Positions 1 through 10,770 of a stretch of 47,088 nucleotides of DNA are shown in pieces. The stretch is from Hominilimicola sp. (GTDB lineage: Bacteria; Bacillota; Clostridia; UBA1381). Position 1 is the stretch's first letter, and every line of letters starts with the position of its first letter. The notes below the pieces were generated by a model. The model was not told the origin of the DNA. It worked only from the letters and a program-made list of their open reading frames with translations, and did not search any database. Where the stretch lies: assembly GCA_051877355.1 (NCBI GenBank), contig JBJEIU010000181.1, positions 1 to 47,088 of the forward strand. The letters are read 5' to 3'. A program made the position numbers and the translations under genes.

Positions 1-291
1 TTCAATCGTCTTTTCTATATAATTTTCATCGCGTACTTTTTTTCTTTCGCCGTAATTGACGGTGCTTTCGGGGAGCATTGCGCTCGAAACCGCTTCAAGG
101 CGCATTTTATCGCTTGCAGTCAGCTCACGTCCCACAAAATAAATATTACAGTGTCCATCACCGAAAAATTTGCGGAACTGCCGCAGCTTCTCGTACAGGG
201 AATTGATTATATCGGTAACCGGGCTGTCCGCGTCAAGATAAATCTTAACGCCGTCTATCGTCCCCTTCAGCTTTATAAGTTCCTTTTCCAA
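1..291 (-). CDS. minC: Septum site-determining protein MinC, N-terminal part (runs off window edge)
   Basis: Not in ORF track. Minus strand reads (M)EKELIKLKGTIDGVKIYLD..., like the MinC N-terminal KGTxDG motif. TTG start after GAGGTG RBS (alternative GTG at 300). Canonical position after mreBCD-pbp2. Confidence 0.8.
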   Translation of the reverse strand, partial: MEKELIKLKGTIDGVKIYLDADSPVTDIINSLYEKLRQFRKFFGDGHCNIYFVGRELTASDKMRLEAVSSAMLPESTVNYGERKKVRDENYIEKTIE

Positions 292-309
292 TATAATCAC
301 CTCATCCCT

Positions 310-2415
310 TTATCTCAATAATCCGCCATTTGTCTGCGACGGCGACGCCGTCGGTTCAGAAGTCCCTTGTGGTTGGTCGTTAAAATGGAAATACTCGTCA
401 AATATATCCTTTGCAACCTGCGCGGCATTAGTACCGCGCACACCGTGTTCAAGCACTACCGCGACAGCAATCTGCGGGTCGTCAAACGGTGCGTATGCGA
501 TAAACACTGCGTTGTTTGAGCCATCGCCCACCTGCGCCGTACCTGTCTTACCGCCTACCTGTATGCCGTAGTTTGCAAATACCTCAGCGGCGCTTCCTTC
601 GTCCACAACCTTCTTCATACCCTGCTTAACAGAATTAAGCACGTCCGCGTCCATGTCAACTTTTTCCACAACCTCTGGCGAAAACTCCTTGACAACACTT
701 CCGTCAACAGACGAGCGCACGCTTTTCACAAGGTTAACCTTATATCTCGTGCCGCCGTTTGCGATAGTTGCGGCATAATTTGCAAGCTGCACGGGAGTGA
801 ACAGGCTGTATGACTGACCGATTGCCGCCTGAAGCGTATCACCGCCGTACCAGTCCTGACTGGTAACGTTTGATACAACCTGCTTCTTGTATTCCGGACT
901 TGCCATATGACCCGATGCTTCTTCACTCAGCTCAATACCTGTCTTTTCACCAAGTCCGAATTTCTGGGCATATTTGCCGAGGGTGTCAATACCCATTCTT
1001 CTACCCACCTCATAGAAGAAGAAGTTGCAGGAATTCTCCAACGCCAATGTTACATTCTGCTTTCCGTGGGTCATGTGATATTCGTTCCATATCCAGCAGG
1101 TAGGCTGATAATCAGCATAATATTTATATACGCCCTCGTCCTCAATAATCTCGTTCGTGGTCAGGTTTCCCGTTTCAAGCGCCGCAATTGCCGTAAGAGG
1201 CTTGAAAGTTGAACCAGGGCTGTAAAGTCCGCTGACTGCCCTGTTCCACATAGGCTTTGCATCATTTTCTAAAAGAGTGTTATAATCCTCGTCAAATCTT
1301 GACATATCGTAGGTAGGGTGAGACGCAATTGCAAGTGTATCACCCGTCTTTACGTCTATAACCACCGCCGCGCCGGCATTACAGTCTGCGCCATCCTTTG
1401 CCTTTACTCCGCTGGAGGCGCGGATATTCTCAATGGTCTTTGCAAGAGACTCCTCGGTAACCCTCTGTAAATCAGAGTCAAGCGTAAGCACAAGGTAGTC
1501 GCCCGGAATAGGCTCGGTATCGTCAAGTACAGTTATTTCCTTGCCGTTTACCTCCTTGGTAGTGCCCGTCGTTCCGTCTACGCCGCGCAGATACTGCTCG
1601 CCCCATTTTTCAAGACCCTGCTTACCGATTATATCGTTATAGCCGTAGCCAAGATCCTTATTGCTCTCATATTCCTCGGCATTTATCTTGCCCGTTCTTC
1701 CCAATATATGAGTGGCAAGTCCGGGCATATCATACTGGCGAACATAGTCATTTATGACGGCAATGCCCCTGAATTCATCCTGACGCTCCTTAATCTGCGT
1801 CACAGCCTCAACTGAAATATCATCCGCAAGGGTGAATAACGTTGTCTGCGACATACCGCTTGCCTCTGCCGCATGACGTATGCCCACAATACGACGCTGC
1901 TCGTCCTCGCTGTATACCTCACTTACCTTGTAGCGTTTCTTCAGAACCTGCATAATTTCATCGGCGGTCATACCCTCATTCACGCCGTTTTTCTCGTTAT
2001 TTTCAAACCACTTGCCGCGCTCATCGTCAACGCTGCCGTCTTCATTTTCATCCTCAAACTGAAAGACGTATGGCGCAAAGGATATAGGCAAATCATCGTA
2101 ATACTCGCAGTTATTCGCGTACAGCACTCCCACAAGCTCATTTATCACGTCATTGAATTCCTCATCCTTCATGTCGGTTTTCTGCATAATAACAGAATAA
2201 CCAACCTTGTTGGACACAAGACGTGTACCATATCTGTCAAGTATTTCGCCCCTGGGCGCCTTTTCCACTATGTTTGTGGTAAGACGGTTATTGGCAATCT
2301 CGGCATACTGGTCTCCCTTCATAATCTGAAGGTCAAAAAGCTTCCACGCAACCGCCGCAAACATAAGAGCTATTATTATCTTAAGTATAACAAATCTTGC
2401 TTTACTGTTTGGCAT
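310..2415 (-). CDS. mrdA: Penicillin-binding protein 2 (class B transpeptidase)
   Basis: N-terminal TM, RGEILDR, GKQGLE, SxxK (STFK), SxN (SCN), KTG motifs; follows mreBCD. Confidence 0.93.
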   Translation of the reverse strand: MPNSKARFVILKIIIALMFAAVAWKLFDLQIMKGDQYAEIANNRLTTNIVEKAPRGEILDRYGTRLVSNKVGYSVIMQKTDMKDEEFNDVINELVGVLYANNCEYYDDLPISFAPYVFQFEDENEDGSVDDERGKWFENNEKNGVNEGMTADEIMQVLKKRYKVSEVYSEDEQRRIVGIRHAAEASGMSQTTLFTLADDISVEAVTQIKERQDEFRGIAVINDYVRQYDMPGLATHILGRTGKINAEEYESNKDLGYGYNDIIGKQGLEKWGEQYLRGVDGTTGTTKEVNGKEITVLDDTEPIPGDYLVLTLDSDLQRVTEESLAKTIENIRASSGVKAKDGADCNAGAAVVIDVKTGDTLAIASHPTYDMSRFDEDYNTLLENDAKPMWNRAVSGLYSPGSTFKPLTAIAALETGNLTTNEIIEDEGVYKYYADYQPTCWIWNEYHMTHGKQNVTLALENSCNFFFYEVGRRMGIDTLGKYAQKFGLGEKTGIELSEEASGHMASPEYKKQVVSNVTSQDWYGGDTLQAAIGQSYSLFTPVQLANYAATIANGGTRYKVNLVKSVRSSVDGSVVKEFSPEVVEKVDMDADVLNSVKQGMKKVVDEGSAAEVFANYGIQVGGKTGTAQVGDGSNNAVFIAYAPFDDPQIAVAVVLEHGVRGTNAAQVAKDIFDEYFHFNDQPQGTSEPTASPSQTNGGLLR

Positions 2416-2430
2416 CTATATACATTCTCC

Positions 2431-2931
2431 TTAAGCTATCAAAAGCTTTTTCTTCTTTTCTTCCCTATACATTGTCGCTTTCAGAATCGGATATACTATA
2501 AGCGCCAGCACCGCATTAAATACAGCCGTTGGCAGGGCGTCATAAAGAAGCATATCCGTGCTGACTGACAATGTTCTTAAAACATCGTACACAATCTCCA
2601 TTACACCCGACGCCAGAAATGTCCAGACAATTGCCTTTGGCAAATTACCGACATACCGCGGCTTTTTACGCAACGAAAAAACAATTATTGAGCAGTACAC
2701 ATACAACAATACTGTCCCTGTAAATTCGCGCCCGCTGAGTGCGCCCATTGCCACGGCGCATATTATACTGATTGTAACAGCGCTGCGGAATTCATTCTCC
2801 AAAAGCATAACGCATACCACATACGCCATAACCAGAGAAGGCACAGCCCCGAAGACATGCACTCCGGAAAGAATAACCGTCTGAATAAGGAAAATAATGA
2901 ATATCCAAAGAAATATTTTAAAATTTCTCAC
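2431..2931 (-). CDS. mreD: Rod shape-determining protein MreD
   Basis: 166-aa polytopic membrane protein between mreC and pbp2. Confidence 0.8.
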   Translation of the reverse strand: MRNFKIFLWIFIIFLIQTVILSGVHVFGAVPSLVMAYVVCVMLLENEFRSAVTISIICAVAMGALSGREFTGTVLLYVYCSIIVFSLRKKPRYVGNLPKAIVWTFLASGVMEIVYDVLRTLSVSTDMLLYDALPTAVFNAVLALIVYPILKATMYREEKKKKLLIA

Positions 2932-2948
2932 CTTATATCTCCATTCAA

Positions 2949-3773
2949 TTAATATATTCCGTTAATGACTAACACTTCATACAGCTTATCAAAATCCACA
3001 AGCGGCTCTACCGTCGCATAATTCAGATTACCCATAGCGTCTGAATTTATCTCGCGTATTGCTCCCACCATAAGTCCCGCGGGATATACTCCGCCCGAGC
3101 CTGAGGTTTCAAGCAAATCGCCCACAATGAGGTTTGAACCCTTGTCAATAAATGTCATCTTGCAGTAACTTTGGCTATAAAGTTCATCGTCACCCTCAAC
3201 AACGGCAACGTCACCCGTTCTGGAAATCTTCACGCCCATTGCGTTATCGGGATTAAGTATTGTGGAAACTATCGACCATGTCGGACCTGTTTCCACCACC
3301 TTGCCCACAACACCGTCAGGAGTGATTACCGCGTTGCCCACGGCAACGCCCGCAAGAGAACCCTTGCTTATCTGTATGGTATCATACCAGTTGTTTGAGG
3401 AATATGCTATTACGGACGCCGCCACAGTGGAATATTGCTCCATACTCTGGCTCAGTTCAAGAATTTCCTTTAATCTCTCATTTTCCTCACGATAATTTGT
3501 TACGTCCTTATTCTGTTTTTTTAGTTCATTTATTTCGCTTACAAGCTTTTCATTTTCGTCCTTGTAGCTTTTCATTTCACGGATAAAATCCGTTGTATCC
3601 TTAACCTTGTTCGTTATATATGCCACGCCGTTCTGAAACGGTGAAAACACCGTACGCAGCACCTTGGATACAGGATTTGCGCCGCCAAAATGTGCTATTG
3701 CCGCGCATATAAGCACAGCCGCGGTCACAACTGCCGCCACCTGCACCCCTCTTTTTCTGAAAAATGATGACAT
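2949..3773 (-). CDS. mreC: Rod shape-determining protein MreC
   Basis: TM, coiled coil (ENERLKEIL), KGS..G..VITPDGVVGKV, TSGSGGVYPAGL. Confidence 0.95.
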   Translation of the reverse strand: MSSFFRKRGVQVAAVVTAAVLICAAIAHFGGANPVSKVLRTVFSPFQNGVAYITNKVKDTTDFIREMKSYKDENEKLVSEINELKKQNKDVTNYREENERLKEILELSQSMEQYSTVAASVIAYSSNNWYDTIQISKGSLAGVAVGNAVITPDGVVGKVVETGPTWSIVSTILNPDNAMGVKISRTGDVAVVEGDDELYSQSYCKMTFIDKGSNLIVGDLLETSGSGGVYPAGLMVGAIREINSDAMGNLNYATVEPLVDFDKLYEVLVINGIY

Positions 3774-3849
3774 CTTTTCAAAACCTTCCGTTTAAAATCT
3801 TAACAATCATTTCTGATTTGGGTATCCCCCAATCGCGGGATTTTCCTGA

Positions 3850-4851
3850 TTATTTTGCCGCTTCCAGCAGTTCCTTTATGTTATCCAGCGCCTTTCCTGT
3901 GCCTATAACAACACAATCAAGCGGGTATTCGGCAACATGAGTAGGTATCTTTGTAACCTCCGTTATAAGTTTGTCCAGCCCCTTTATCAGCGCGCCGCCG
4001 CCGGTAAGGGTTATTCCTCTTTCCATAATGTCCGCCGCAAGCTCTGGCGGTGTATTTTCAAGTGTCAGCTTTATAGCCTCAATCATTTCGTCAACATTCT
4101 CGCTGATGGCTTCTCTTATTTCACTTTCCTTTATCTGCGCCGTCTTGGGAAGTCCCGTGGACACATCGCGTCCTCTTACCTCATATACTGCTTCCTCGTC
4201 GTCCTCATATGCTGAGGCGATTGAAAGCTTTATTTCCTCCGCCATCTTGTCGCCGATATTGATATGGTGTTCCTTCTTTAAGTAATTTATAATGGCGCTG
4301 TCAAGCGCGTTACCCGCAATCTTGATTGACTTTGACGCAACAATTCCGCCAAGAGATATAACTGCAACTTCTGTTGTGCCGCCGCCGATGTCTACAACCA
4401 TATTGCCCGTAGCCTCGTTTACGGGGAGTCCTGCGCCCATTGCAGCTGCCATAGGCTCCTCAATAAGAGCCACCGCCTTTGCGCCCGCACTTATAACCGC
4501 TTCTTCAACGGCGCGTCTTTCGACCTCCGTTATACCTGACGGTATACAAACCACCACTCTCGGCTTAAAGACACTGCTAACATTTGCCTCCTTGATAAAG
4601 GACCTTATCATAGCCTGCGTAATATCAAAATCCGCTATAACACCGTCCTTCATAGGGCGCACTGCCACAATATTTTCGGGCGTTCTGCCAATCATCTCAT
4701 TTGCGGCATTGCCCACGGCAAGCACCTTGCCCTCATACTTATCTATAGCCACAACAGACGGCTCTCTTACAACTATTCCCTTTCCGCGCACATATACAAG
4801 CGTGTTTGCAGTTCCCAAGTCAATTCCTATATCCTTTGAAAAAATCCCCAT
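3850..4851 (-). CDS. mreB: Actin-like rod shape-determining protein MreB
   Basis: [32 protein letters not shown] motifs. Confidence 0.97.
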   Translation of the reverse strand: MGIFSKDIGIDLGTANTLVYVRGKGIVVREPSVVAIDKYEGKVLAVGNAANEMIGRTPENIVAVRPMKDGVIADFDITQAMIRSFIKEANVSSVFKPRVVVCIPSGITEVERRAVEEAVISAGAKAVALIEEPMAAAMGAGLPVNEATGNMVVDIGGGTTEVAVISLGGIVASKSIKIAGNALDSAIINYLKKEHHINIGDKMAEEIKLSIASAYEDDEEAVYEVRGRDVSTGLPKTAQIKESEIREAISENVDEMIEAIKLTLENTPPELAADIMERGITLTGGGALIKGLDKLITEVTKIPTHVAEYPLDCVVIGTGKALDNIKELLEAAK

Positions 4852-4865
4852 GTCATTTTCTCCTT

Positions 4866-5456
4866 TTATAAAATCTCCAATTCAAATTCTTCTTCAAGAG
4901 TATCCGCAAGCGCACTTACGGGAAGTCCCACCACGTTGAAGTAATCCCCGTCTATTTTTTCAATCAGCATTGAACCCAGTCCTTGTATACCATAGGCTCC
5001 AGCCTTGTCCATAGGCTCGCCAGACTTAATATACGCGCGGATTTTCTGTTCTGTAAGCGTCTTGAATTTTACCTCTGTCCTTACGCTGCTGCATACAGTC
5101 TTTCCGTCGCTCATACGCATAACGCAATAGCCTGTGTACACTTCATGCGTACGTCCCGAAAGCGATGACAGCATTTTTTCCGCACCGTCAGCTCCGTCAG
5201 GCTTGCCGAGTATTTTTCCGTCAAGTGTCACAATCGTATCAGCGGCAATTATAATCGCCTTTTTATTTTTTATCAGCATCTTGGCCGTTGCGGACGCTTT
5301 CAAAAGCGCAAGCTCCTGCACATAAAGACCGACAGGTATATCACGCGTGACGGAGCCTTCATCCGCATCCGAAACTACTATGCTGAATTGAAGTCCCATT
5401 TTCTCCAGAAGCTCTTTTCTTCTCGGAGACGCGGACGCAAGTACAAATTCTGTCAT
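4866..5456 (-). CDS. maf: Maf nucleotide pyrophosphatase
   Basis: [37 protein letters not shown]. Confidence 0.96.
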   Translation of the reverse strand: MTEFVLASASPRRKELLEKMGLQFSIVVSDADEGSVTRDIPVGLYVQELALLKASATAKMLIKNKKAIIIAADTIVTLDGKILGKPDGADGAEKMLSSLSGRTHEVYTGYCVMRMSDGKTVCSSVRTEVKFKTLTEQKIRAYIKSGEPMDKAGAYGIQGLGSMLIEKIDGDYFNVVGLPVSALADTLEEEFELEIL

Positions 5457-5470
5457 TCTATCCCTTTCCT

Positions 5471-7597
5471 TTACAATACTCCACGGTAAAAATGACCGCG
5501 CGTGTATGAATTATCCGCCATGTCATTTTCAATCACTTCGCCGCGCAAAGCATTTTTATATACATCTATTATTTTACCACATTGAGAAAAATTTTCAACA
5601 GTAAATATCAATCTGATACTGTTTATTTTCAAATTTTTTAAATCCGCCATCTTGTCCGCCATGAATATCGGCTTTGAATTAAGCAGCTTTGCACGGCAGC
5701 CATGGCAATCGCCATTGCAGACGATTGGAAATTCTTCTTTCTTTCTGTCACGCAGCTTATAAATATTCTTGCCGTTCTGGCATTTTCCCATAGCCTTTAT
5801 CGGACAGTTTTTCATAATCATAAGCGGTATGTGCCCATATGCGATAATCTCAGTATTTGCCGAGGTATTTTCAAGTAATTCACCTATTTCATGCAAATTC
5901 AGTTCAGGTGAAAGTGTAACCGTTTCAAGGAAGTCAAAATGCTGAGCCGCAAATGAATTATAAACATTAAGCCTGAAGTCGCCGTACAGCTTTTTATCAT
6001 TATATTTATACGCTGCGGCAGGCGATGAAACAAGCACGCCGTCAGTGGTGATTTTTTCCTCACAAAAAATTTCCGATGCCTTTGTTATAATCTCAATCCC
6101 CTTTTGAGCAGCAATATCAATCAATTTATTGTGTTTTTGTGTCTCTTTGTTTAGTGTCCCCATAAGTGCGGACGGAACATATATTCTTTGAACGTTCTTT
6201 TCTATAGCGGCTTTTAGCTGTTCCTCACTCAAAACCTCAGCAGTCAGCATTATATCGCCGCATTTTCCGCGTTTATATTTCGGCAATGCATAGTCTGTAA
6301 CTTTGCCCTTTTCGCGCTGCTGTCTCTCAATCATAAGCTTATCGGCGGCGTCACGTCTTACGCTGTTAATTTCCTTAACCGGAAGTGTAATTTCCTCGTC
6401 CACTGATAGGCTGATTTCCTCACATTCAAAGGGTGTGTTTCCGAGCTTTAAAAGCTGCGTTTGAAGGCGTTTTTCATCCATTGCCTTTTGACGCGCCGCT
6501 TCTGATTTCAGCGTCCCCGAAGTATAGGCATAATTGCCGTCACTGTCGTAAAAAGTCAGTTCCAGCGGCGAATTATTTTTTAGTGTCCCCATTATGCTTA
6601 TAGGTATTTTTCGTATGTTTGCATTTTCGGCAGCTCTTTTTCGAGCCTCGTCAGTAAATTTATTTTCAGAACTGTTACCCGGAGTGTCATGACTCATCAT
6701 ATTTTTACCAAGGTTACCTTTGAAGTATCCGTCAGTAAAGCCCGTGCGTGAAAATGCGTCTAAAAGCTCCTGTATATCACGTTTTGAAACCACCTGTGCT
6801 TTGCCTGTTTTGAACATATCAAGATACTTTCTGTAAACGCCTACAACTGCCGAAACATATTCCGCGCGCTTTAATCGTCCCTCAATTTTCAGGGAAGCAA
6901 CGCCAATTTCATTTAGTGTCCCCAATTCATTGATAAGCGCCATATCCTTCGGACTTAAAACATATCCGCTTCCTGCTGTCTTTCCTTTTTCCAGCAGTTC
7001 ATAAGGCAGACGGCACGGCTGCGCGCATCTGCCTCGGTTACCGCTTCTACCGCCCAGAATACTGGACATAAGACATTGTCCGGAATAGCACATGCATATT
7101 GCGCCGTGGACAAACACTTCTATTTCTGCCTTTGCGTTTTTACAGATATGTTCAATTTCCTTTTCAGAAAGCTCGCGTGACAATACCACTCTCGAAAACC
7201 CCATGTTCTCAAGGTATTTCACCCCCTCCAGACTTGTCACCGTCATCTGTGTGCTTGCGTGGAGCGTCATGTCGGGAATAGTGTTCTTAATGATCTCCGC
7301 AGCGCCTATATCCTGAACAATCAGCGCGTCAATGCCAATACCATTTAACTCCTTTATATATTCCTGAAAGGAAGCCATTTCTTTTTCTTTTATGAGAGTA
7401 TTTACCGTAACATGTACGTCAACACCATAAAGATGGCAGTAATCAACCCATTTTTTCATATCATCGGGCGCAAAATTTTCCGCGCTTTGTCTTGCACCAA
7501 ACATACTTCCGCCAAGGTATACAGCATCCGCGCCTGACTGCACGGCGGCACAAAGCGCCGCGCTGCTTCCGGCAGGGGCCAAAAGTTCCATACTCAT
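5471..7597 (-). CDS. Peptidase U32 family protein with C-terminal extension (RlhA-like RNA hydroxylase class)
   Basis: ELLAPAG, GADAVYLG, HASTQM, HGAICMCYSGQC..RGRCAQPCR, LKIEGR; ends TRGHFYRGV. Confidence 0.9.
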   Translation of the reverse strand: MSMELLAPAGSSAALCAAVQSGADAVYLGGSMFGARQSAENFAPDDMKKWVDYCHLYGVDVHVTVNTLIKEKEMASFQEYIKELNGIGIDALIVQDIGAAEIIKNTIPDMTLHASTQMTVTSLEGVKYLENMGFSRVVLSRELSEKEIEHICKNAKAEIEVFVHGAICMCYSGQCLMSSILGGRSGNRGRCAQPCRLPYELLEKGKTAGSGYVLSPKDMALINELGTLNEIGVASLKIEGRLKRAEYVSAVVGVYRKYLDMFKTGKAQVVSKRDIQELLDAFSRTGFTDGYFKGNLGKNMMSHDTPGNSSENKFTDEARKRAAENANIRKIPISIMGTLKNNSPLELTFYDSDGNYAYTSGTLKSEAARQKAMDEKRLQTQLLKLGNTPFECEEISLSVDEEITLPVKEINSVRRDAADKLMIERQQREKGKVTDYALPKYKRGKCGDIMLTAEVLSEEQLKAAIEKNVQRIYVPSALMGTLNKETQKHNKLIDIAAQKGIEIITKASEIFCEEKITTDGVLVSSPAAAYKYNDKKLYGDFRLNVYNSFAAQHFDFLETVTLSPELNLHEIGELLENTSANTEIIAYGHIPLMIMKNCPIKAMGKCQNGKNIYKLRDRKKEEFPIVCNGDCHGCRAKLLNSKPIFMADKMADLKNLKINSIRLIFTVENFSQCGKIIDVYKNALRGEVIENDMADNSYTRGHFYRGVL

Positions 7598-8100
7598 CAG
7601 CCTTTCTCAATCATGTCCAAGACTTCTTTTTCACGATCGTCATATCTTTTCTCGAGCTCTTTAATCTTGTTTTCAAGAACCTTGATATGACCCTCAAGGA
7701 ATTTAATCTGATTATTTGCGTCATCAAGCTCATTTTTGGCCGCGGCAACCTCCGCTTTCATGGCAGTTTCATCTATAGAAATCTGATTGCTGTTTGCTTC
7801 GTCCAATTCTCTGCCAAGCTCATGCACCTTACGCTGGAGCTTCTGATTTTTTTCATTTACAGAACCTATCTTTTCCTGTAAAAGTCTCCCCGCTTCAAGT
7901 GACTTGTAATATTCATCACATATATTCAGCGCAGCCAGAACGACAGGTCTTTCACCCATTATATTCTGACCGCCGCGAAGCACATTTTCAACTTTTTCAT
8001 TAATATGATTGCATAAATTTTCAATATATTCCACACTCTCCTCAGCAACAACCGTATACTGACGCGAATTAATCGTAAGTGTAACTTTATTTACTGCCAT
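7597..8100 (-). CDS. zapA: Cell division protein ZapA with C-terminal coiled coil
   Basis: KVTLTINSRQYTV, VLAALNICDEY; TGATG overlap with U32 start. Confidence 0.88.
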   Translation of the reverse strand: MAVNKVTLTINSRQYTVVAEESVEYIENLCNHINEKVENVLRGGQNIMGERPVVLAALNICDEYYKSLEAGRLLQEKIGSVNEKNQKLQRKVHELGRELDEANSNQISIDETAMKAEVAAAKNELDDANNQIKFLEGHIKVLENKIKELEKRYDDREKEVLDMIEKG

Positions 8101-8215
8101 GACTTCATCTCCGTTTCTTTTATACGTAAAATACTAATATATACTATTATACAATAAAAACAGATAAAAAAACAGTGGTTTTTTGAAAATATTTTTGTAA
8201 AATGCGGGTAAACGC

Positions 8216-8241
8216 AAAAAAGAGCGCCGAAGCGCTCTTTT
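8216..8241. terminator. Intrinsic terminator after solute-binding protein gene
   Basis: AAAAGAGCGC-CGAA-GCGCTCTTTT with A/T tails (UUCG loop on minus strand). Confidence 0.85.
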
Positions 8242-8254
8242 AGAAAATTCACTA

Positions 8255-9772
8255 TTATTTCTGAATTGTATCGTCAGCCTTATAAGCCTCGTTGATTTCC
8301 TTAATAACATCAGCACCGCCCATATTCTTCCATCTTTCAATTTCAGCCTTATACTCATCTTCTGAAATCTGACCAACGATGTACTTTGTCTTAGCTTCTG
8401 CCATGATAGCGTCAAGCTGAGGACCCTTCTTAGAATATGTTGCTGATACATATGGTTCAGCAGGGTTAGCTACAGCATACTGTTCGTTGTCTTCGTAAAC
8501 CTTGTCAATCTTTTCAGCAACCTCTGCTGTGTACTTAACCTTACGCTCTGTCGGGATAATACCTGTAGCGAACTGGTTAAGGTCAGCATATTCCTTAACA
8601 AGACCGGCATCTTCCTTCTTAACAACATAGCCGTCTGCATCAAGCTCATAGTTTCTGCCTTCAATACCGAAGTTCATCAGGTTAAGAGCCTCCTGCTCAT
8701 TAGCCTTATCCATTACGCCAAGAACGAAGTCAAGATCTTCCTCGGTTGCAACAGCAGCCTTCGGGAATACATAGTATCCGTCATAACCCGTCGTCGGAAG
8801 TGTTCTCGGTTCAGTATTCTCATCCTTTGTAACGTAACCAAATACATCTACAACAGCGTCGGGGTTAAGACCCTGAATATTCTGAGCAAGTCTTCTCGCT
8901 CTGTCTGCAACGTCAATAATAACGCCTGCCTGACCTGAAAGGAACTGCTCGTTCCATTTATCTGATGAATATGTAGCCATATCTGCGTTGATAAGACCTT
9001 CTTCATAACACTTTCTCATGAAGTTAAGAGCATCCATATATTCATCTGTCATAAATGCAGGAGTAAGCTCGCCGTTTTCGTCAACACCGTATCCGTTAGG
9101 AGCGCCCATCCAAATTGCAAGGTTGTTAAGAGGACCATCAAGGTAATCTGTAACAATCATGCCATATGTATCGTTCTGACCGTTGCCGTCAGGATCCTGC
9201 TCTGTGAATGCCTTAAGCACGTTATACAAATCGTCAACCGTCTTAGGTATATCAAGACCTAACTTGTCAAGCCAGTCCTTTCTGATTGAAACACCGGCTC
9301 TGCCGACTGTTCTTGCACGGTACAGACCGTAAACCTTACCGTCAATTGAGATATTGTGATTAACCATTGGGTTCGTCTGAGCAAGATTCGGGAATTTTTC
9401 AGCATCCTGAAGCTTATCTGTAACATCCCAGAAAATATCATTTCTCGAAGCCTGAATAACGCTTGAGCTTCTTGTACCAATAAGCATTGCATGAGGATAT
9501 GTACCTGAACCCATAGCTGTTGTAACCTTTTCATCATAGCTTGTTGACGGTGCCCATGTCATATTAAGCTGTGTGCCAAGGAACTTTTCAAGTTCTTCCA
9601 TAACAGGGCTGTCGCCTGCTGCTGATTCTGCCTGAAAGGCCTTTGTCATAACATTGATTGATGGATTTTCACGGTCGATTGAAACTGTCTGACTTCCGCA
9701 GCCTGCAAGCGCACCTGTAAGCATTACTGCTGCAATAGAAACAGTAGCAATCTTCTTCCATGTTTGTGTCAT
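8255..9772 (-). CDS. Carbohydrate ABC transporter solute-binding lipoprotein (LplA/YtcQ-like)
   Basis: Lipobox LAGC, IRKDWLDKLGL..P.T.DD, DPDGNGQNDTYG. Confidence 0.92.
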   Translation of the reverse strand: MTQTWKKIATVSIAAVMLTGALAGCGSQTVSIDRENPSINVMTKAFQAESAAGDSPVMEELEKFLGTQLNMTWAPSTSYDEKVTTAMGSGTYPHAMLIGTRSSSVIQASRNDIFWDVTDKLQDAEKFPNLAQTNPMVNHNISIDGKVYGLYRARTVGRAGVSIRKDWLDKLGLDIPKTVDDLYNVLKAFTEQDPDGNGQNDTYGMIVTDYLDGPLNNLAIWMGAPNGYGVDENGELTPAFMTDEYMDALNFMRKCYEEGLINADMATYSSDKWNEQFLSGQAGVIIDVADRARRLAQNIQGLNPDAVVDVFGYVTKDENTEPRTLPTTGYDGYYVFPKAAVATEEDLDFVLGVMDKANEQEALNLMNFGIEGRNYELDADGYVVKKEDAGLVKEYADLNQFATGIIPTERKVKYTAEVAEKIDKVYEDNEQYAVANPAEPYVSATYSKKGPQLDAIMAEAKTKYIVGQISEDEYKAEIERWKNMGGADVIKEINEAYKADDTIQK

Positions 9773-9871
9773 TTTTTAATTCCTCCTTAAAAAACTTTTA
9801 GAATTTTTCCTCTATTATAAGAAATATTTCCTCTAAATTAAGCGGTAATCGCAACCGCACTAATTTCAAAA

Positions 9872-10753
9872 TCAACCCTTAACAGCGCCGACCATAACGC
9901 CTGCAGCGAAGTGCTTCTGCAGGAACGGATATACGCAAAGAATAGGAACAGTACCGATAACGATAACAGCCATCTTCAGTGTATCCTCAGGCGGAAGTTC
10001 ATCCGAACTTGTACTTGTTTCTGCTGTCTGCATTACAAGGTTTCTAAGAACAAGCTGGAATGGGAACTTCTTTGTATCATTCAGATACAGCAAAGCGCCG
10101 AAGTAGTTATTCCAGTGACCAACTGCATAGAACAAACCGAAAGTTGCAAGACATGGCAGTGAAAGCGGAAGCGCAATCTTCGCGAATATACCAATATCAC
10201 TGCATCCGTCGATTGAAGCCGCCTCTTCAAGCTCACGCGGAAGCTCAATAAAGAAGTTTCTTACAATAAGCATGTTATACGCGCTGATACAACCTGGAAG
10301 GATAAGAGCTGCATATGTATCGTACAGACCCAAGCCCTTAACAACCAAGAACAATGGAATCATACCGCCGCCAAATACCATTGTAAACAATACCATGTTC
10401 AGGAGCGGCTTCTTACCGATAAGATTCTGTCTTGAAAGTCCGTATGCCATTGTTGTTGTAAAGAACAGATTTATCATAGTACCAACAACTGTTACACATA
10501 CTGAGATAAGCAGCGAACGCAATACTGTCGTACCCATACCGTTCATATCAAATACCTGCTTATACGCGTCAAGCGTGGGGTCCTCAGGAATAAAGAAAAT
10601 AGGTCTTGTCTGGATTTCACGTTCAGGAGCGAAAGATGCAGCTATAACGTATATGAAAGGTATTACCATTACAATAGCGATAAGTGTAAGCAAGGCATAA
10701 ATTACAACGTCAGCTATAATATCGCCGATACTTCTTCTTTTTATACTAATCAT
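9872..10753 (-). CDS. Carbohydrate ABC transporter permease (LplC/YtcP-like)
   Basis: EAA loop ELEEAASIDG, FYAVGHWN, YPFLQKHF..G.VKG. Confidence 0.93.
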   Translation of the reverse strand: MISIKRRSIGDIIADVVIYALLTLIAIVMVIPFIYVIAASFAPEREIQTRPIFFIPEDPTLDAYKQVFDMNGMGTTVLRSLLISVCVTVVGTMINLFFTTTMAYGLSRQNLIGKKPLLNMVLFTMVFGGGMIPLFLVVKGLGLYDTYAALILPGCISAYNMLIVRNFFIELPRELEEAASIDGCSDIGIFAKIALPLSLPCLATFGLFYAVGHWNNYFGALLYLNDTKKFPFQLVLRNLVMQTAETSTSSDELPPEDTLKMAVIVIGTVPILCVYPFLQKHFAAGVMVGAVKG

Positions 10754-10770
10754 GTTTCTTTCCTCCTCTC

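Noticed and set aside
1873-2568. 231-aa + strand ORF (likewise 4292-4939, 13119-13733, 38433-38957, 41713-42255, 42289-42846)
   Set aside because: All lie antisense to well-supported genes and lack protein-like features
6150-6923. CRISPR or tandem-repeat reading of the 12-mer copies
   Set aside because: Too short, irregularly spaced (hundreds of bp), embedded in an intact CDS, no cas genes
8134-8451. 105-aa minus-strand ORF overlapping the end of the binding-protein gene
   Set aside because: Alternative frame crossing a terminator into AT-rich promoter DNA; not protein-like
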